From a virus (taxonomy: Duplodnaviria > Caudoviricetes), in the IMG/VR virus record IMGVR_UViG_3300043398_000200, positions 1 to 56,178 of that record: a DNA stretch of 56,178 nt. One strand, 5' to 3'. Below the pieces are notes generated by a model. It was given only the letters and a program-made list of their open reading frames with translations. It was not told the DNA's origin and made no database searches. The translations under genes and the position numbers were made by a program. Shown piece after piece: positions 53,965-56,178 of the stretch; position 1 is the first letter of the stretch, and every line of letters begins with the position of its first letter.

Positions 53965-54443
53965 AGATCGTACTGAGCAAAGGCGAGAAGGTTGACGTGA
54001 CACACACCGATGGCAGTCTCATATGCACGGCGGCAGTGCCGCCTGCGTATGCGGACAAGCCCCTACGTATGGAGGACTATGTGCAACCCGGTGAGGCTCC
54101 GGCGTCGAACGTCGAGTATCTCAACCAGCACATCATGCGGCTCACCGAGGAAATGTGTGCGCGTGACCTGCGCATCGAGGAACTGCAGCGGGATTACAAC
54201 CAGGTGTGCCGGAAGTATGCCCGCGACACCGACACCATGCTGGACAAGTACATGCAGCTGCAGAAGGAGCATGCCAGGGTGTGCAAGGAGCGCGACGCGG
54301 CTGTCAGCAGGAACTATGACCTGTCTGATCAGCTGAAATTGGCGTGCATCGAGCGTGACGGTGCGCGGAAGCTGATCAGGGACGGCAAGGTGCTGAAGCT
54401 GGGCACCAAGATGCGGACGGTGCGTATCAGGAAGGGGAAGTAA
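53961..54443 (+). CDS. Hypothetical coiled-coil protein
   Basis: AGGAGG RBS; heptad pattern. Confidence 0.65.
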   Translation: MKIVLSKGEKVDVTHTDGSLICTAAVPPAYADKPLRMEDYVQPGEAPASNVEYLNQHIMRLTEEMCARDLRIEELQRDYNQVCRKYARDTDTMLDKYMQLQKEHARVCKERDAAVSRNYDLSDQLKLACIERDGARKLIRDGKVLKLGTKMRTVRIRKGK

Positions 54444-54444
54444 C

Positions 54445-54603
54445 ATGAGCAGCATCCGTGACTATTACTCCACCCGCATGTCGGCCTTCAACAATTACCG
54501 TTACAGGAGGGTGTCCCGGTTTGCAACCTACATGGGTGAGAGGCAATGGGAAGCGGCAACGCGCTATCACGCTATATGCCGCTACACCATGAGGCACCTG
54601 TGA
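54445..54603 (+). CDS. Small hypothetical protein (52 aa, not in ORF track)
   Basis: ATG 1 nt after the upstream stop; GTGA overlap with the next gene. Confidence 0.45.
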   Translation: MSSIRDYYSTRMSAFNNYRYRRVSRFATYMGERQWEAATRYHAICRYTMRHL

Positions 54604-54842
54604 AGTTCTATGCCATCCATGCCCTGCCGAGTGGGCTGCCGGCAGGGTGTGAAGTCAGGCTTGAGTCAGCCAAGGCTGTGGCCCGTGTACTGTTCCCAGG
54701 TGGTGGGTATTATATTGATCAGGTGATCGTGCCCGTTGAACTGGAGACAGTGCGCAGGCTGCTGGGTGGGATGACGTGCGAGACTGAGCGCACCAGACAC
54801 ACGACTATAGAGTTACACAATTGTGTGAAGGAGGACAGATGA
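54600..54842 (+). CDS. Hypothetical protein
   Basis: GTG start within GTGA overlap; ATGA coupling downstream. Confidence 0.5.
   Translation: MKFYAIHALPSGLPAGCEVRLESAKAVARVLFPGGGYYIDQVIVPVELETVRRLLGGMTCETERTRHTTIELHNCVKEDR
54812..54829. promoter_or_regulatory. Operator-like palindrome copy 4 (GTTACACAATTGTGTGAA)
   Basis: 2 mismatches to copy 1; abuts the GGAGGA RBS of the 54839 gene. Confidence 0.65.
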
Positions 54843-55249
54843 ACATTGACGCAATGCGAGCCGCATTAGTGTTGAGGTCGAGTCGCGGCAACTACCTCGA
54901 ACAATTCGATACCGACGAGAGCATCATCAATGCCTTTCAGGCAGAACCCAACGCACTGGACGGTGCAGCTGTACTGGTGGCATGGTATGGGCTTGGCGAC
55001 TATGAAGGCAGTGCATTCGTGCTGTTTCTGAAAGACGACACGCTGTATGAAGTGAACGGGGCACACTGTTCGTGTTACGGGCTGGAGAACCAATGGGAAC
55101 CCGAGGTCACCAGCACGGCGGCACTGCGGAAGCGCGAGTGGTACTCATCGTGCGAAGGGCACGAAGACATGCAGGCACGACTCATGGAAGTGCTGGATAT
55201 TCTGGACAATCACATCATAGGAGAATCACATGCAGATCGAATTAAGTGA
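54839..55249 (+). CDS. Phage hypothetical protein
   Basis: YEGSAFVLF...YEVNGAHCSCYG motif, recalled from other phage early regions; strong RBS. Confidence 0.7.
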   Translation: MNIDAMRAALVLRSSRGNYLEQFDTDESIINAFQAEPNALDGAAVLVAWYGLGDYEGSAFVLFLKDDTLYEVNGAHCSCYGLENQWEPEVTSTAALRKREWYSSCEGHEDMQARLMEVLDILDNHIIGESHADRIK

Positions 55250-55424
55250 GACTGAGCTGGCCAATCTTGTCGTGGCGCTGCGCTTCTGGGTGCACGAACA
55301 TGAGCAGGCCGACGACATGACGGCACTGTTCAATGTGCTGTCGGACGGCGACCCTGACATCAAGCCCCTGACCGTCGATGAGTGGAAGGTACTGGAGGCG
55401 CGGCTTGTCACTGCCACCGGATGA
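55230..55424 (+). CDS. Hypothetical protein
   Basis: AGGAG RBS. Confidence 0.6.
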   Translation: MQIELSETELANLVVALRFWVHEHEQADDMTALFNVLSDGDPDIKPLTVDEWKVLEARLVTATG

Positions 55425-55491
55425 CAACACTGCCGACGACATAACCAACCTCACTGTCGTATCAGGCGGCATCAGGACAACAATCGGGGTC

Positions 55492-55695
55492 ATGTACACC
55501 GTGTGGGTGGATGACTCCGAGCCGATGCTATTGGATGTGCAGACCGAGTGGCAAGGATTAGGCCAACTGCTGAGTGTGCCGATAGCCGGCGGCATGCCGG
55601 CATTGGTCCGTCACCTGATGGGTATGCTTGGCCCGTGGGAGATTGACATGGTTGTATTCGCTAACTTGAAGAAGGAGGAACAATCCGATGACTGA
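55492..55695 (+). CDS. Hypothetical protein (start uncertain)
   Basis: Open frame ending in overlap with the next gene. Confidence 0.4.
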   Translation: MYTVWVDDSEPMLLDVQTEWQGLGQLLSVPIAGGMPALVRHLMGMLGPWEIDMVVFANLKKEEQSDD

Positions 55696-55954
55696 TGAAC
55701 TGCATGAAGAAGATGACCTACGCAGGCTGGGGGATTGCGTACCTGAGTTATATAAGGTCGAGATTGATGATCACAACCCGAAGGCTGTACTGCTACATGC
55801 TGACTGGAACGAGTATGTAGTCCGGCGCTTTCCTTCACTCAAGCTACTGGTGAAGCATCTGCGCAGAATTGAGTTGGACTGCGACGACGCCTATGAGATC
55901 AGCTGGATTGTGTTCACAGAACTGAATGACAAGGAGGTAACCGACTATGAATAG
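55688..55954 (+). CDS. Hypothetical acidic protein
   Basis: AGGAGG RBS. Confidence 0.6.
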   Translation: MTDELHEEDDLRRLGDCVPELYKVEIDDHNPKAVLLHADWNEYVVRRFPSLKLLVKHLRRIELDCDDAYEISWIVFTELNDKEVTDYE

Positions 55955-56159
55955 TTACGACGAATGGGATCTGCTCATGATCCACTGGCTCATGCTGATG
56001 TTTGGCATCGGCGCGTGCATCGCTATCACGAGATGGGCGTGGATCAGATACTGGCGTGAGCCGTGGCACGGGACGGTACGCAGGATGCTGCGCTGGTGGC
56101 GGGTTCAGCGCGTGCCGTGGCCCGATGAAATCCCACCATCAAAGGGGTTCCGCCAATGA
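55947..56159 (+). CDS. Small membrane protein
   Basis: AGGAGG RBS; one hydrophobic Trp-rich segment. Confidence 0.55.
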   Translation: MNSYDEWDLLMIHWLMLMFGIGACIAITRWAWIRYWREPWHGTVRRMLRWWRVQRVPWPDEIPPSKGFRQ

Positions 56160-56178
56160 TCGACATTACAGGCAGTAC

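Larger units (their letters stand above)
1..56178. mobile_element. Tailed dsDNA bacteriophage genome (podovirus-like), near-complete
   Basis: Terminase, portal, scaffold, capsid, tail, lysis and replication modules are all present; dense, translationally coupled genes; no host housekeeping genes; no integrase recognised. Confidence 0.95.

Noticed and set aside
51587-54829. Palindromic repeats as a CRISPR array
   Set aside because: Irregular spacing (177 bp to 2.3 kb), repeats too short, no cas operon; the Cas4-like gene is an ordinary phage exonuclease
1-56178. tRNA/rRNA genes and integrase
   Set aside because: None recognisable by eye; a tRNAscan/HMM search would be needed to exclude them fully

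Overview
The window looks like an essentially complete, probably circularly permuted ~56 kb genome of a tailed dsDNA phage. It is GC-rich and probably infects a Gram-negative host. It is podovirus-like: no tape measure or sheath, but large internal ejection proteins. + strand 1-11.5 kb is a replication module (family A DNA polymerase, Cas4-like PD-(D/E)XK nuclease, VRR-NUC, SNF2 helicase, HNH, SSB-like protein, primase-DUF927 helicase). - strand 11.4-44.8 kb is morphogenesis and lysis. It holds the portal, a ~9 kb block of carbohydrate-binding/spike genes headed by an RcGTA-type head-spike base protein, scaffold, major capsid, adaptors, nozzle, fibres, M15 endolysin and holin, a GNAT protein, and ejection proteins including a 2906-aa PLxRFG protein. 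The terminase genes are inverted (+) and converge on a five-gene glycosyltransferase/methyltransferase operon (-). An early/control region at 50.3-56.2 kb has RHH and XRE regulators and four copies of an 18-bp palindrome. Four observations stand out: (1) a spherulin-4/GH135-like domain split in two by a 2.83-kb tandem glycoside-hydrolase insert with an in-frame 5-bp repeat at both junctions; (2) an apparent modular head-spike system; (3) a probable virion-glycosylation operon; (4) operator-like palindromes and iteron-like repeats. All family assignments are by motif recognition only; no searches were run.
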